From assembly GCF_000234805.1 (NCBI RefSeq), contig NC_016645.1, forward strand, positions 656,391-720,390: a stretch of DNA of 64,000 bases. Reading direction: 5' to 3'. How positions within the stretch are numbered: position 1 is the stretch's first letter; each line of letters begins with the position of its first letter. Positions 9,467-19,284 of the stretch are shown here, piece after piece. Made by a program: the position numbers and the translations under genes. Source of the stretch: Pyrobaculum ferrireducens. GTDB taxonomy: Archaea; Thermoproteota; Thermoprotei; Thermoproteales; Thermoproteaceae. The notes below the pieces were generated by a model. That model was not told where the DNA came from. It saw only the letters and a list, made by a program, of their open reading frames with translations, and did no database searches.

Positions 9467-9548
9467 AAAAGTGTAAGAACACAGCTCCTATTTATACGAT
9501 TATTTCACAGAGACGCACACCCCAGTTAACGCCTATACGCCGCGGTTT

Positions 9549-10079
9549 TTACTCTTCTTCAAAATCTAGTTTAAACAATTTCTCTAATGCATGTAGTACA
9601 TATCTATAGGGGCTGTTGCTCTTCTCTACGCATTCTTTAAATTTTGGAAACCACGGCTTGATAAACCTCCTGTAGAAATCTCTTCTCATCTCCCGCCTGC
9701 CGAAGTCCTCAACGTCGGTGGTAGAGGCGAGGTACTCAAGCATAACTGGCAGGTAGTCGGGTAGCTCCTGCCGGACGTCCATGGTGAAGCCAAAAGCCTT
9801 GTAGTATGTTAGGACTTGGTGCATGTAGAGGCCCCGTTCTCTGCTGTCTTCGCCCAGGGCGTAGTACCCCGCGTACGGCGGGCATCTAGGCGCGAGTTCA
9901 AACATCTCCACGCGGTGGCCCTCCACCTCCTCTTCCCTCATTTCCTGAAAGAAGCCTTCCAGCGCCTCCAGGCCCAGCTCCTGGGCGATTTTCAACACCT
10001 CCCCTCTCTCGCTGTAGACTTGTCTCGGGCTGTCGAGAAGCCTGGCGATCACCATATACATAATCCTTAGGAGGTTCAC
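9549..10079 (-). CDS. TorD/NarJ-family redox-enzyme maturation chaperone
   Basis: 176 aa, all-alpha. PDYLPVMLEYLA resembles the NarJ PDHLxxxLEF motif. Divergent from narG. Confidence 0.65.
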   Translation of the reverse strand: MNLLRIMYMVIARLLDSPRQVYSERGEVLKIAQELGLEALEGFFQEMREEEVEGHRVEMFELAPRCPPYAGYYALGEDSRERGLYMHQVLTYYKAFGFTMDVRQELPDYLPVMLEYLASTTDVEDFGRREMRRDFYRRFIKPWFPKFKECVEKSNSPYRYVLHALEKLFKLDFEEE

Positions 10080-10098
10080 CAGCGCGAAACAAGCCGCA

Positions 10099-10133
10099 TA
10101 TTAAATCCTTATCGATACTGCAGTATAAATAAC
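10099..10133. promoter_or_regulatory. divergent TATA boxes: catattaaatcc (for the narJ-like gene) and agtataaataa (for narG)
   Basis: Two AT-rich boxes at appropriate distances from the divergent starts at 10079 and 10196/10214. Confidence 0.45.
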
Positions 10134-10213
10134 ACAACGGCGAGAATACACCCAAACCCCTCGGCGCTGAGTTCTCGATTTCTATACTTAAGGAGTTGCT
10201 ACAACATTTAACT

Positions 10214-13200
10214 ATGCTAAAAACTACACGCCGCCAGATGCTGGCCAGCGCCGCCGCCATAGGCGCCGCCACCGGCGTCTTGGCTCTTGCCCAAAATATG
10301 CAGTATCTGAAGCCCCTCGCCGAGTTTGTTAACACCCGCCTCCAGTACCCAGACAGGAGCTGGGAGGAGATGTACCGGAGGAGGTGGCAGTACGACAAGG
10401 TGGCGAGGTCTACACATGGCGTGAACTGCACCGGCTCATGTTCGTGGAATGTCTACGTCAAGGACGGCCTCATCGTGTGGGAGCTCCAGGCGACAGACTA
10501 CCCAGACATTTCGCCAGACATCCCCAACTACGAGCCTAGGGGTTGCCCAAGGGGGGCGAGCTTCTCCTGGTATGTCTACTCGCCGCTGAGGGTTAAGTAC
10601 CCCTACGTAAGGGGGGTGTTGATAAATATGTATAGAAAGTTTAAGCAGGAGACCGGCGACCCGGTGGAGGCTTGGCGGAGGATTGTGGAGGACCCCGCCA
10701 ACCGCGCCGCGTATCAAAAGGTCAGGGGGAAGGCGGGCTGGGCCAGGGTTACGTGGGACGAGGCGCTTGAGCTCATCTCAGCCGCCTTGATTTACACCAT
10801 CAAGAAGTACGGCCCCGACAGGATCTACGGCTTCACCCCCATCCCCGCCATGTCGCCTGTGAGCTACGCCGCGGGGGCGAGGTTCATTGAGCTTATCGGA
10901 GGCGCGATGGGCTCCTTCTACGACTGGTATGCCGACCTTCCGCCGGCCAGCCCGCAGATGTGGGGCGAGCAGACCGACGTCCCCGAGTCCGCCGACTGGT
11001 ACCACGCCCAGTACATGATTGTGTGGGGCACAAATCTGCCCATGACCCGCACTCCCGACGCGCCTATGTACACCCAGGCGAGGTACAGGGGGGCAAAGGT
11101 GGCTGTCGTAAGTCCTGACTACAGCGAGCATGTGAAGTTCGCCGACGTGTGGATACCCGCCTCGCCGGGCACCGACGCCGCACTTGGGTTGGCCATGGCC
11201 CACGTGGCTTTGAAGGAGTCCTACGTGGATACGCAGTTTAAGTGTTTGAGGGAGTACGCGCGGAGGTACACCGACATGCCATTCCTCGTGACTCTAGAGC
11301 CGGCGGGCGACGGCACGTATCTACAGGGCAGGTTCCTGAGGGCCTCCGACGTGCCGGAGCTGAAGGACAAGGTGGGGGCCAACCCGGAGTGGAAGACGGT
11401 GGTTCTCCAGAGAGACGGCACTCTGGCGGCGCCCTACGGCTCTATTGGCTTTAGGTGGGACGGGAGCGGCAAGTGGAATCTCGAGCTGAAGGGCATTACG
11501 GCCAAGGGAGAGGGCGACATTGACCCAGTCCTCTCGGTGATGGAGGTGGGCCAGTACGAGAAGGTGCCGGTGAAGTTCTTCGCGATGGACTTCGACGTGA
11601 AGGCCGTCGTGAGGGAGGTGCCGGCGGTTAAGGTAGGCGGCAGATATGTAACGACGGTGTTCGACCTGCTGGCGGCTCACCTAGGCGTGAAGAGGGGCGA
11701 TCTCGGCGGCGACTACCCGGCGGACTACAACGACCCCAAGCCATTCACCCCGGCGTGGCAGGAGGCCATCACAGGAGTCTCTAGGGACTTGGCAATTCAG
11801 GTGGCTAGAGACTTCATGAACACGGCGGTGTATTCAAAGCCGGTTTACGGAAAGCCGCAGGACCCGCCTTTCTTCGGGGACGAGGCGACGCCGTGCGGCG
11901 GGAGGGCTATGATATTCGTGGGGCCTGGCATAAACCACTGGTACCACGCCGACTTGATCTACAGGTCTGTGCTGTTGCTCGTCCTGCTAGGTGCCACCCA
12001 GGGGAAGAACGGCGGCGGGTGGGCGCACTACGTGGGGCAGGAGAAGATAAGGACGTTGATTGGGTGGGCCTCTATAGCCTTCGCCCTCGACTGGGTGAGG
12101 CCTCCGAGGCGCCAGAACTCGCCCAGCTACTGGTATGTGCACACCGACCAGTGGAGGTACGACCCCGTCACCACTAAGCTATACGCCGCGCCGTGGGCCA
12201 AGAAGTGGGGCGACCTCCACGAGATGGACGCCAATGTGATAGCCGCGAGGCTGGGCTGGTTGCCGTTCTACCCCTCCCTCAACGTCAACCCGCTGGATCT
12301 CGGCAAGAGGCTTGTGGACGAGGCTAAGGCGCAGGGCGTGGCCGACGCCCAGCTAGGCGCATATGTGGCGAGGAGGGTGGCCGATATGCTTAAGGCAGGC
12401 GAGATAAAGATGGCTATCGAGGACCCGGACGCCCCCGAGAACTGGCCCAGGGTGCTGTTTGTGTGGAGGGCGAACCTCCTGGGCTCATCATCGAAGGGCC
12501 ATGAGTACTTCTTAAAGCACCTCCTGGGGACGGATAACAACGTGATGAACAGAGAGGTTGCGGTGGAGAACAAGCTGGTGAAGGAGGTGAACATCAGGCC
12601 GGCCCCGGAGGGGAAGCTGGATCTGCTGGTTGTGCTGGACTTCAGGATGGCGACATCGGCCGTGTACGCAGACGTGGTTCTGCCAGCGGCGACGTGGTAC
12701 GAAAAGTACGACCTGTCGATGACCGATATGCACACCTTTATCCACCCATTCACCCCCGCTGTCGATCCGCCGTGGGAGGCCAAATCAGACTGGGACATCT
12801 TTAGGGAGCTTGCCAAGAAGTTCTCGGAGATGGCCAGGAGGTACCTGCCGGAGGAGGCCTATGACGTCGTGCTGACGCCGCTTCTCCACGACACGGCGCA
12901 AGAAATAGCTCAGCCAATGGGGGAGGTGAAGGACTGGAAGAAGGGCGAGGTGGATCCGATACCCGGCAAGACAATGCCCGCCGTTGCTCTGGTTAAGAGG
13001 AGGTACTGGGATGTCTACGACATGTACACCACCTACGGCCCGCTGGTTGTGACGGTGGGCCTAACCGCGAAGGGCATACCGCCATTTAAGCCGGTGGAGC
13101 AGTACGCCTATTTGAGGGAGCGCAACGGAGTCACCAAGGCCACGTCTACATACGTCTTGAATCAGTGCAAAGCGGTGGGCGGTTGCCCCACTCTGGAGAG

Positions 13201-14095
13201 GGATAAACACGCTGCCGAGACGATGCTGGCGGTGTCTCCTGAGTCAAACGGCGAGGTTGCCTACATGGCGTGGAAGAACTTGGAGCGGGTGGTTGGGCTA
13301 CAGCTAGCCGATCTCCCAGCGAAGGAGCTCAGAATAACATTTAACGACATAGTTGCCCAGCCTAGGCGCGTGACTACGTCGCCGGTGTGGAACGGAGTCG
13401 AGGCGCCGGGGAGGACCTACTCGCCGTTTACGGTAAACACAGAGAGGAGGGTGCCTTGGCGTACGTTGACTGGGAGGCAGCATTTCTACATTGATCACGA
13501 GTGGTTTAGAGAGCTAGGCGAGTCACTGCCTGTCCACAAGAGGCCTCTCGACCAGGCTATGGCGAGGCTCTTGGTGGATGTCTCCATGGGGGACTTCTGG
13601 TACGATCCGGCTAAGTACAGGGTGGAGTCCGGCGGGTCGCGGTACTTGGTGGCTCGGTATCTGACGCCACATGGCAAGTGGAATATCCACAGCGAGTACT
13701 GGGATAACTTGATTATGTTGACTCTGTTCCGCGGCGGCCAGGTGGTTTGGATGAACGACGAAGATGCGAAGTGGCTCGGCGTCAGGGACAACGACTGGAT
13801 TGAGGTATACAACGCCAACGGCGTGATTGTGGCGAGGGCCGCGGTGAGCCCGAGAATTCCGAGGGGCACGGTAATTATGTACCACGCCCAGGAGAGGCAT
13901 GTCTATGTGCCCATCAGCCCCAAGACGGGTAGGAGAGCCGGTATACACAACAGCGTGACTATTACGCATCTAAAGCCTACTAAGATGGTGGGCGGCTACG
14001 CGCAACTGAGCTGGGATTTCAATTACTACGGCCCCACAGGCGTGAATAGAGACACGCTTGTGGTTATAAGACCCGCCGGGAGGGTGAGGCTATGA
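10214..14095 (+). CDS. narG: respiratory nitrate reductase alpha subunit NarG with Tat signal (periplasmic-facing pNar)
   Basis: The ORF-track ORF begins at TTG 10196; ATG 10214 gives MLKTTRRQMLASAAAIGAATGVLALA, a twin-arginine leader. FS0 motif HGVNCTGSCSW. Approximately 1290 aa Mo-bisPGD enzyme. Confidence 0.93.
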   Translation: MLKTTRRQMLASAAAIGAATGVLALAQNMQYLKPLAEFVNTRLQYPDRSWEEMYRRRWQYDKVARSTHGVNCTGSCSWNVYVKDGLIVWELQATDYPDISPDIPNYEPRGCPRGASFSWYVYSPLRVKYPYVRGVLINMYRKFKQETGDPVEAWRRIVEDPANRAAYQKVRGKAGWARVTWDEALELISAALIYTIKKYGPDRIYGFTPIPAMSPVSYAAGARFIELIGGAMGSFYDWYADLPPASPQMWGEQTDVPESADWYHAQYMIVWGTNLPMTRTPDAPMYTQARYRGAKVAVVSPDYSEHVKFADVWIPASPGTDAALGLAMAHVALKESYVDTQFKCLREYARRYTDMPFLVTLEPAGDGTYLQGRFLRASDVPELKDKVGANPEWKTVVLQRDGTLAAPYGSIGFRWDGSGKWNLELKGITAKGEGDIDPVLSVMEVGQYEKVPVKFFAMDFDVKAVVREVPAVKVGGRYVTTVFDLLAAHLGVKRGDLGGDYPADYNDPKPFTPAWQEAITGVSRDLAIQVARDFMNTAVYSKPVYGKPQDPPFFGDEATPCGGRAMIFVGPGINHWYHADLIYRSVLLLVLLGATQGKNGGGWAHYVGQEKIRTLIGWASIAFALDWVRPPRRQNSPSYWYVHTDQWRYDPVTTKLYAAPWAKKWGDLHEMDANVIAARLGWLPFYPSLNVNPLDLGKRLVDEAKAQGVADAQLGAYVARRVADMLKAGEIKMAIEDPDAPENWPRVLFVWRANLLGSSSKGHEYFLKHLLGTDNNVMNREVAVENKLVKEVNIRPAPEGKLDLLVVLDFRMATSAVYADVVLPAATWYEKYDLSMTDMHTFIHPFTPAVDPPWEAKSDWDIFRELAKKFSEMARRYLPEEAYDVVLTPLLHDTAQEIAQPMGEVKDWKKGEVDPIPGKTMPAVALVKRRYWDVYDMYTTYGPLVVTVGLTAKGIPPFKPVEQYAYLRERNGVTKATSTYVLNQCKAVGGCPTLERDKHAAETMLAVSPESNGEVAYMAWKNLERVVGLQLADLPAKELRITFNDIVAQPRRVTTSPVWNGVEAPGRTYSPFTVNTERRVPWRTLTGRQHFYIDHEWFRELGESLPVHKRPLDQAMARLLVDVSMGDFWYDPAKYRVESGGSRYLVARYLTPHGKWNIHSEYWDNLIMLTLFRGGQVVWMNDEDAKWLGVRDNDWIEVYNANGVIVARAAVSPRIPRGTVIMYHAQERHVYVPISPKTGRRAGIHNSVTITHLKPTKMVGGYAQLSWDFNYYGPTGVNRDTLVVIRPAGRVRL

Positions 14096-15513
14096 ACGTC
14101 CGCGCCCAGATCTCAATGGCGATGAACCTAGACAAATGCATTGGGTGCCACACCTGCTCCGTCACGTGTAAAAACGTGTGGACTAATAGGCAGGGAGCTG
14201 AGTACATGTGGTGGAACAACGTAGAGACGCGGCCCGGGCCTGGCTACCCGAGGCAGTGGGAAAACCAGAACAAGTACAACGGCGGCTGGGCGCTGGACGG
14301 CGGGAAGCTGAAGCTCAGGATTGAGCTTGGCAAAAACTACAAGCCGCCCTCGTTGCAGGACTACTACGAGCCGTGGACCTACGACTACGAGGTACTCTTC
14401 TCGGAGAAGCAGACGGAGCAACAGCCCGTGGCCAGGCCTATCTCGCTCATCACAGACGAGCCAATGGACGTTGCATACGGCCCCAACTGGAACGACGACC
14501 TCGCCGGCACGGACTACATCTTGGAGGACCCCGGCTTAGATGGGTTGCAGAAGGAGGTGTATGCACAGTTTAGAGACGTGTTCATGATGTACCTCCCGAG
14601 GATATGCAACCACTGTCTAAACCCGTCGTGTCTCGCCGCGTGCCCCAGAAAGGCTATATACAAACGCGAGGAGGACGGCATTGTGCTCGTCGACCAGAAT
14701 AGGTGCCGCGGGTACCGCTACTGCGTCGCGGCTTGTCCATACAAGAAGGTGTACTACAACTGGAAGACGGGTAAGTCAGAGAAGTGTATACTGTGCTACC
14801 CCAGGGTAGAGGCTGGGCAACCAACTGTATGTTCGTTGACCTGCGTCGGCAAGATTAGATACATGGGCGTGTTGCTGTACGACGCCGACAAGGTGCTGGA
14901 CGTGGCCTCTACGCCGGACCCAACCCAGCTGGTGCGGAGGTTTATCGACGAGGTTTTGCTCGATCCGTTTGACCCGGCGGTGGTGGAGGCGGCGAGGAGG
15001 AACGGCATCCCGGACGACTGGATCAAGGCGGCGCAGAGGTCGCCCGTCTACAAAATCGTGAAGAAGTGGAAGGTCGGGTTCCCACTCCACCCCGAGTTTA
15101 GGACGTTGCCAATGGTGTTCTACGTGCCTCCGCTGAGCCCCGTAGTGACTACATTTGAGAAGACCTACGGGGCGAAGATCACCGACGTGTTTCCAAAGGT
15201 GTCTGAGCTCAGGATACCCATAAAGTACCTCGCCAACTTGCTGACGGCCGGCGACACCTCGCTGGTTGAGCAGGCCTTGAAGAAGTTAATAGCCGTGCGC
15301 ATCTACGAGCGGTCGAGGAACGTGGCGGAGCCGGGGCTGGCGGAGAAGGCGAAGGCCGCCCTCGCCGAGGCGGGCCTCACCGAGGAGGACGCCGAGGAGA
15401 TGTACAGGCTGTTCGCCCTAGCCAGATACGAGGATAGGTTTGTCATACCGACGAACCCCAAGAGATATGCAAAACAGCCGTATATAGAGAGAGGCGTGGT
15501 GGGGTTGCCATGA
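14092..15513 (+). CDS. narH: nitrate reductase beta subunit NarH (four Fe-S clusters)
   Basis: Cys clusters CIGCHTCSVTC, CNHCLNPSCLAACP, CRGYRYCVAACP and CILCYP...CSLTCVGKIRY. ATGA overlap with narG. Confidence 0.93.
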   Translation: MNVRAQISMAMNLDKCIGCHTCSVTCKNVWTNRQGAEYMWWNNVETRPGPGYPRQWENQNKYNGGWALDGGKLKLRIELGKNYKPPSLQDYYEPWTYDYEVLFSEKQTEQQPVARPISLITDEPMDVAYGPNWNDDLAGTDYILEDPGLDGLQKEVYAQFRDVFMMYLPRICNHCLNPSCLAACPRKAIYKREEDGIVLVDQNRCRGYRYCVAACPYKKVYYNWKTGKSEKCILCYPRVEAGQPTVCSLTCVGKIRYMGVLLYDADKVLDVASTPDPTQLVRRFIDEVLLDPFDPAVVEAARRNGIPDDWIKAAQRSPVYKIVKKWKVGFPLHPEFRTLPMVFYVPPLSPVVTTFEKTYGAKITDVFPKVSELRIPIKYLANLLTAGDTSLVEQALKKLIAVRIYERSRNVAEPGLAEKAKAALAEAGLTEEDAEEMYRLFALARYEDRFVIPTNPKRYAKQPYIERGVVGLP

Positions 15514-16445
15514 GGGGCGACAAGCTACTACCGGGCATCGCCCTCGCCGCCGCGTTGCTACTAGCGCTGATGGGCATGGTCGTGGTGACCGCCCAGGAGG
15601 CGGCTGTGAGAGTTAAGTACGTGGCCGGCGCGTTGCCCACAGACCCGTTCTCCAACGTCTGGCCGGCGCCTGTCGACGTGCCGCTGACATCGCAGTCGCT
15701 TGTGTATCCATTGCCGGCGGCTACTGAGACGAGGTCGGTCGGCGTGTCGGCTGTCTACAACGGGACGCATATAGCCTTCCTGCTGGTGTGGAGCGACCCG
15801 ACGCAGGACGTGGCTAAGCCCGGCGGGCTGGACGTGTTCCCAGACGCCGTGGCGGTGCAGTTCCCGGTGTCGCGGGCGCAGTTGCCGTACATATGTATGG
15901 GCACCGTGGACAACCCGGTGAATATAGTATACTGGAAGGCCGGCGTCGGGGTAGAGAACCTAGTCGCCGGGGCTGGCTACGGGCTGAGTCCACAGCAGAG
16001 AGAGGCGCTTGGGCTACAGGCGACACCCGCGGCGCCTGTGGAGCTGTTGCCTGCAACAGCTCAGATGGTGACCGCCGCGGCGGCGTATAGAGATGGGAAG
16101 TGGTACGTAGTGTTGATGCGGCCGCTCGGCTCGGCGCATCCCTTAATGGCCTCGCTGGCCGACGGCTTCAGCGCGGCGTTCGCCACATGGGACGGGTCGA
16201 AGGGGGAGAGGGGCGGGCTTAAGGCCACCAGCGGATGGATCGCCTTCCAGCTGGAGAAACCCGCGGCCCCAGCCACGGCCACTCAGACTCCTACGACAAC
16301 CGCCGCGCCGGGCACAACTACTATCACACAGACCACTACTGTGACGCAGGTGGTTGAGACGACGCCTACGTGGGCCTGGGCGGTTATTGGAGTGTTGGTG
16401 GCGTTGTTAGCCCTGTTCGCAGGCTCCGCGCTACGCCGCAAGTGA
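15510..16445 (+). CDS. haem-b gamma subunit of type II DMSO-reductase-family enzymes (EbdC/NarM-like) with Thr-rich linker and C-terminal TM anchor
   Basis: Signal peptide, soluble domain of about 230 aa, TQTPTTTAAPGTTTITQTTTVTQ linker, C-terminal helix WAWAVIGVLVALLALFAG. Coupled to narH (ATGA). Confidence 0.65.
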   Translation: MRGDKLLPGIALAAALLLALMGMVVVTAQEAAVRVKYVAGALPTDPFSNVWPAPVDVPLTSQSLVYPLPAATETRSVGVSAVYNGTHIAFLLVWSDPTQDVAKPGGLDVFPDAVAVQFPVSRAQLPYICMGTVDNPVNIVYWKAGVGVENLVAGAGYGLSPQQREALGLQATPAAPVELLPATAQMVTAAAAYRDGKWYVVLMRPLGSAHPLMASLADGFSAAFATWDGSKGERGGLKATSGWIAFQLEKPAAPATATQTPTTTAAPGTTTITQTTTVTQVVETTPTWAWAVIGVLVALLALFAGSALRRK

Positions 16446-16449
16446 AAGA

Positions 16450-17148
16450 ATGGATTTTTTTCTTCTCCTCCTGTTTCTAGATTTTTTACTCAACAGGACG
16501 CTTAACAGGCTGTGGATTTTTGTCCCGCACAACGCCGCCACCTACCTCCTCTTCCTCGGCATTCAGTGGGGTGGGTACATCTCCATGCTGGCGCTCTACG
16601 TCTACTCGTTTATGTTAATCGGGAGCTGGGGGCGGCGCGGCTTGATACCCGGCGCCGCCGCCCTCCTCCTCACCGCGCTCGACCTGGCCCACGACTACCT
16701 GCACGTGGGGGTGAAGGGGCTGTTCGTCCTGCCTGCGGTCTTCAGCATGTTTTTCAGGGAGAGGGCGGCGGCGGGGTATTCGCTGTACTACCTCGCCGAG
16801 GGGGTCGTCAAGGCGGTTAGGCCGGCCTATCTGCCTCACATGGAGTGGATCTGGGCGCTCCTCCCGTTGCTCGGGGGGTGGAGGTTTAGCAAGAAGGCGG
16901 TTGCCTTATCCCTCGTCGCCGCCCTCTTCGTCTCGGCGTCGCCCTACTACGCCGGTATGATCATGGTATTCGGCATGGGGCTTACCCAAGTGTTTTTATT
17001 TCCCATAGCTGTCTACCTCTCCATGTCGTCGAAATCTCGCTACCCCATCTACGCCCTGCTCGTCGGCCCGACGGCCCAGCTGTCGGTACACTACATAGCT
17101 CTGGCCGTGGCTGTAGGCCATGTTGGTGGTGGGAAACAGCAGAGGTGA
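16450..17148 (+). CDS. polytopic membrane protein with His in TM helices (possible quinol-interacting anchor; unverified)
   Basis: Six hydrophobic segments. His residues sit inside predicted helices (HNAATY, AHDYLHV, LPHMEW, SVHYIAL). Immediately downstream of the nar genes. Confidence 0.4.
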   Translation: MDFFLLLLFLDFLLNRTLNRLWIFVPHNAATYLLFLGIQWGGYISMLALYVYSFMLIGSWGRRGLIPGAAALLLTALDLAHDYLHVGVKGLFVLPAVFSMFFRERAAAGYSLYYLAEGVVKAVRPAYLPHMEWIWALLPLLGGWRFSKKAVALSLVAALFVSASPYYAGMIMVFGMGLTQVFLFPIAVYLSMSSKSRYPIYALLVGPTAQLSVHYIALAVAVGHVGGGKQQR

Positions 17149-17932
17149 GCTTTTCACAGTGGAGGGGGGCGTTGCGAGGGGGCCCCGGGGAGTGGAGGTG
17201 GAGGTTCCGTGGAGCGGCGTGGGTATACACTACGGCCCCGTGGTCGTGAGCGGGGGGAGGGTGTACAAGTCCGGCGGCGAGCTGGTGGGCGACTTCAACC
17301 TCGTCTTGGTGCCGTACGGCCTCTACGGCGACGGCTACGTCCAGCCGCGGTACGGCCTTTTTGTAGAGGGGGAGCGGTTGCTGGTTGTGGATCTGGAGAG
17401 GTGGGCCGTGGCTAGGTCGTTGAGGTGCCGGGGGAAGTGGGACTACATGCCCGCCTACCCCTTTGCAGACGAGAAGTCTATCTACTGCACAGACGGCTTC
17501 GTGGCGTATGCGACGCCGTTTGGCTACGGGGTGAGCTCGGCGCCGTGCGGCTTGAGTTACCACGTCGACGTCCTCAACCCCGGCCGCGCCTTCGTCGTCG
17601 ACTATGAGTACGGGGAGGATGGCCTGGAGATGGTGGCAAAGGTCGTATCGCTGGGGGGCGAGTACCTCGACGTGGTGGAGATGGAGTTTAGAAAAGCCAC
17701 AGCTGTGGAGCCGCTCTCCGCGAAGCCTCTATATATCTATGTTGAAGACGGCGCGGGGAGTTACCTAGTTACGGAGAGTGGGCGTCTTCCCGTGGAGAGG
17801 CCATTCTTTATTTCAAGTAGAGGCGTCGTGGTGGGGGATCTGCTTAACGGCGCAGTTAAGCTGAGTTGCGCCCCGGCTTACGTACACGGCCGCTACTATC
17901 TATGCGGCGGTGAGGTGCGGGAGCTCCCATAG
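17120..17932 (+). CDS. hypothetical beta-rich protein
   Basis: 270 aa ORF with Gly/Tyr/Val-rich composition and no recognised motif. Confidence 0.45.
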   Translation: MLVVGNSRGELFTVEGGVARGPRGVEVEVPWSGVGIHYGPVVVSGGRVYKSGGELVGDFNLVLVPYGLYGDGYVQPRYGLFVEGERLLVVDLERWAVARSLRCRGKWDYMPAYPFADEKSIYCTDGFVAYATPFGYGVSSAPCGLSYHVDVLNPGRAFVVDYEYGEDGLEMVAKVVSLGGEYLDVVEMEFRKATAVEPLSAKPLYIYVEDGAGSYLVTESGRLPVERPFFISSRGVVVGDLLNGAVKLSCAPAYVHGRYYLCGGEVRELP

Positions 17933-17999
17933 CGCAGGTGCTTTTGGGGGTTTTCCATGTTAACCCCAACACCTATATCCACATAACGATTTTACTAGT

Positions 18000-18731
18000 A
18001 TGCTGCCGCGGGAGAAGAGCGTCTTGGGGATCTTAACTTTTTCATATCTACTGGCGCTGGCCACCTCTATACCGCCCAGTCTGGTGGGTTTGGCTCTGTT
18101 TTCAATTGCCTACGTGACTCATCTATTGACTTTTGACGCGATTTTCTACGGCAGGGGGTGGCTTCGAATCGGCGCCCTGCTAGCCCTAAACGTCGCGCCG
18201 TATGTGCTGTATCTGTCTATTGACGGTGGGGATTTTGCGGTGTATGGGGTCGGGGCGTTGCTCATGTCTGCATATCTCTGGCTTATGAAGACGGGGCGGG
18301 GCAGGTCTGTGCCCGGGGTGGTAGTCGGAACGGCGTTGCTCTCCTACGTGTTTATCCTCGGCAAGGCGATGCTGGTCCACAACGTCGCCACGCGGGACGT
18401 CGCCCTCGCCGCCTTCTTCGTGGGGTACCACGTAGCCACCGCCTACTACGTGGAGAGCAGATTGGCCTTCCGGTCGGTTTCCCCCATCTGGCCCTTTATT
18501 ACGTGGGTGGCCACTCTCGCCGTTACCCTACCACTGTGGGAATTGCTAGTGATACCCGCGGTGGAGCCCACTGTAAAATTTACGAGAAACCTCGTCAGGA
18601 ATACCAAGGTGTCTAGACACGGGGATATTGTAAAGATGGGTTGGAGGGAGCTGGGGAGGTCTGCCGTCCTGACGCTCCTGCTGGGGCTAGTCTACTACCT
18701 AGGTGCCCTCAAGACTGAGCCTGTCAGCTAA
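18000..18731 (+). CDS. hypothetical polytopic membrane protein
   Basis: Six or seven hydrophobic segments. Confidence 0.5.
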   Translation: MLPREKSVLGILTFSYLLALATSIPPSLVGLALFSIAYVTHLLTFDAIFYGRGWLRIGALLALNVAPYVLYLSIDGGDFAVYGVGALLMSAYLWLMKTGRGRSVPGVVVGTALLSYVFILGKAMLVHNVATRDVALAAFFVGYHVATAYYVESRLAFRSVSPIWPFITWVATLAVTLPLWELLVIPAVEPTVKFTRNLVRNTKVSRHGDIVKMGWRELGRSAVLTLLLGLVYYLGALKTEPVS

Positions 18732-19284
18732 TTTCTCTACTGAGCAATATTGCGGCGGCGGCGAGGGCCGGGCCCGCCATGGCCGTGGGTATGTCAAGCC
18801 CCCCGCGGACAACCGACGCCGCGAATCCAAGGGAGAGGGCAGATGTTATAAATAGGGACAGGGCCTGCCTGGCTCTCGTCGCGGTGGCTATCGCGGCGGC
18901 CGCCGTGGAGGCCGTGGCTAGGTAGAAGGGGGTGTACAACGCCTCTAGGACGTCTATGGGGCCCGTGGAGAGGGCCCCGTACGCCGCCGTGTATGCGGCT
19001 GAGGTGAGTAGGTTCAGCATGGTGGCGGTGGCTATCTTGGCGCCGAAGTACTCCTCGTACCTCCCCAGTAGCCTTAAGCCGTCTAGAGTGCCCAGCTCCT
19101 CCTCTCTCAGTAGGAGCAGGTGTGTGTAGAGGTAGGAGGATATGAGGAGCGACGCGATTAACCCACCGAAGTAGCTCAGGGCAGAGAAGGTAAGCGCAAG
19201 CGCCGTGGATGTGAGGATGTTGACAGCGACGAGCTCCCAGTTCCTCATGGCTATTTTTAACTCCCGCTCTATGAAGAGGAGCAT
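18724..19284 (-). CDS. ccmB: CcmB-like ABC-2 haem exporter permease
   Basis: 186 aa polytopic membrane protein overlapping the ccmA-like ATPase gene by 16 nt. Confidence 0.55.
   Translation of the reverse strand: MLLFIERELKIAMRNWELVAVNILTSTALALTFSALSYFGGLIASLLISSYLYTHLLLLREEELGTLDGLRLLGRYEEYFGAKIATATMLNLLTSAAYTAAYGALSTGPIDVLEALYTPFYLATASTAAAAIATATRARQALSLFITSALSLGFAASVVRGGLDIPTAMAGPALAAAAILLSREIS

Noticed and set aside
10196-10213. TTG start for narG used by the ORF track
   Set aside because: ATG 10214 gives a canonical Tat leader (MLKTTRRQML) with an upstream aaggag. The TTG extension adds only MLQHLT.
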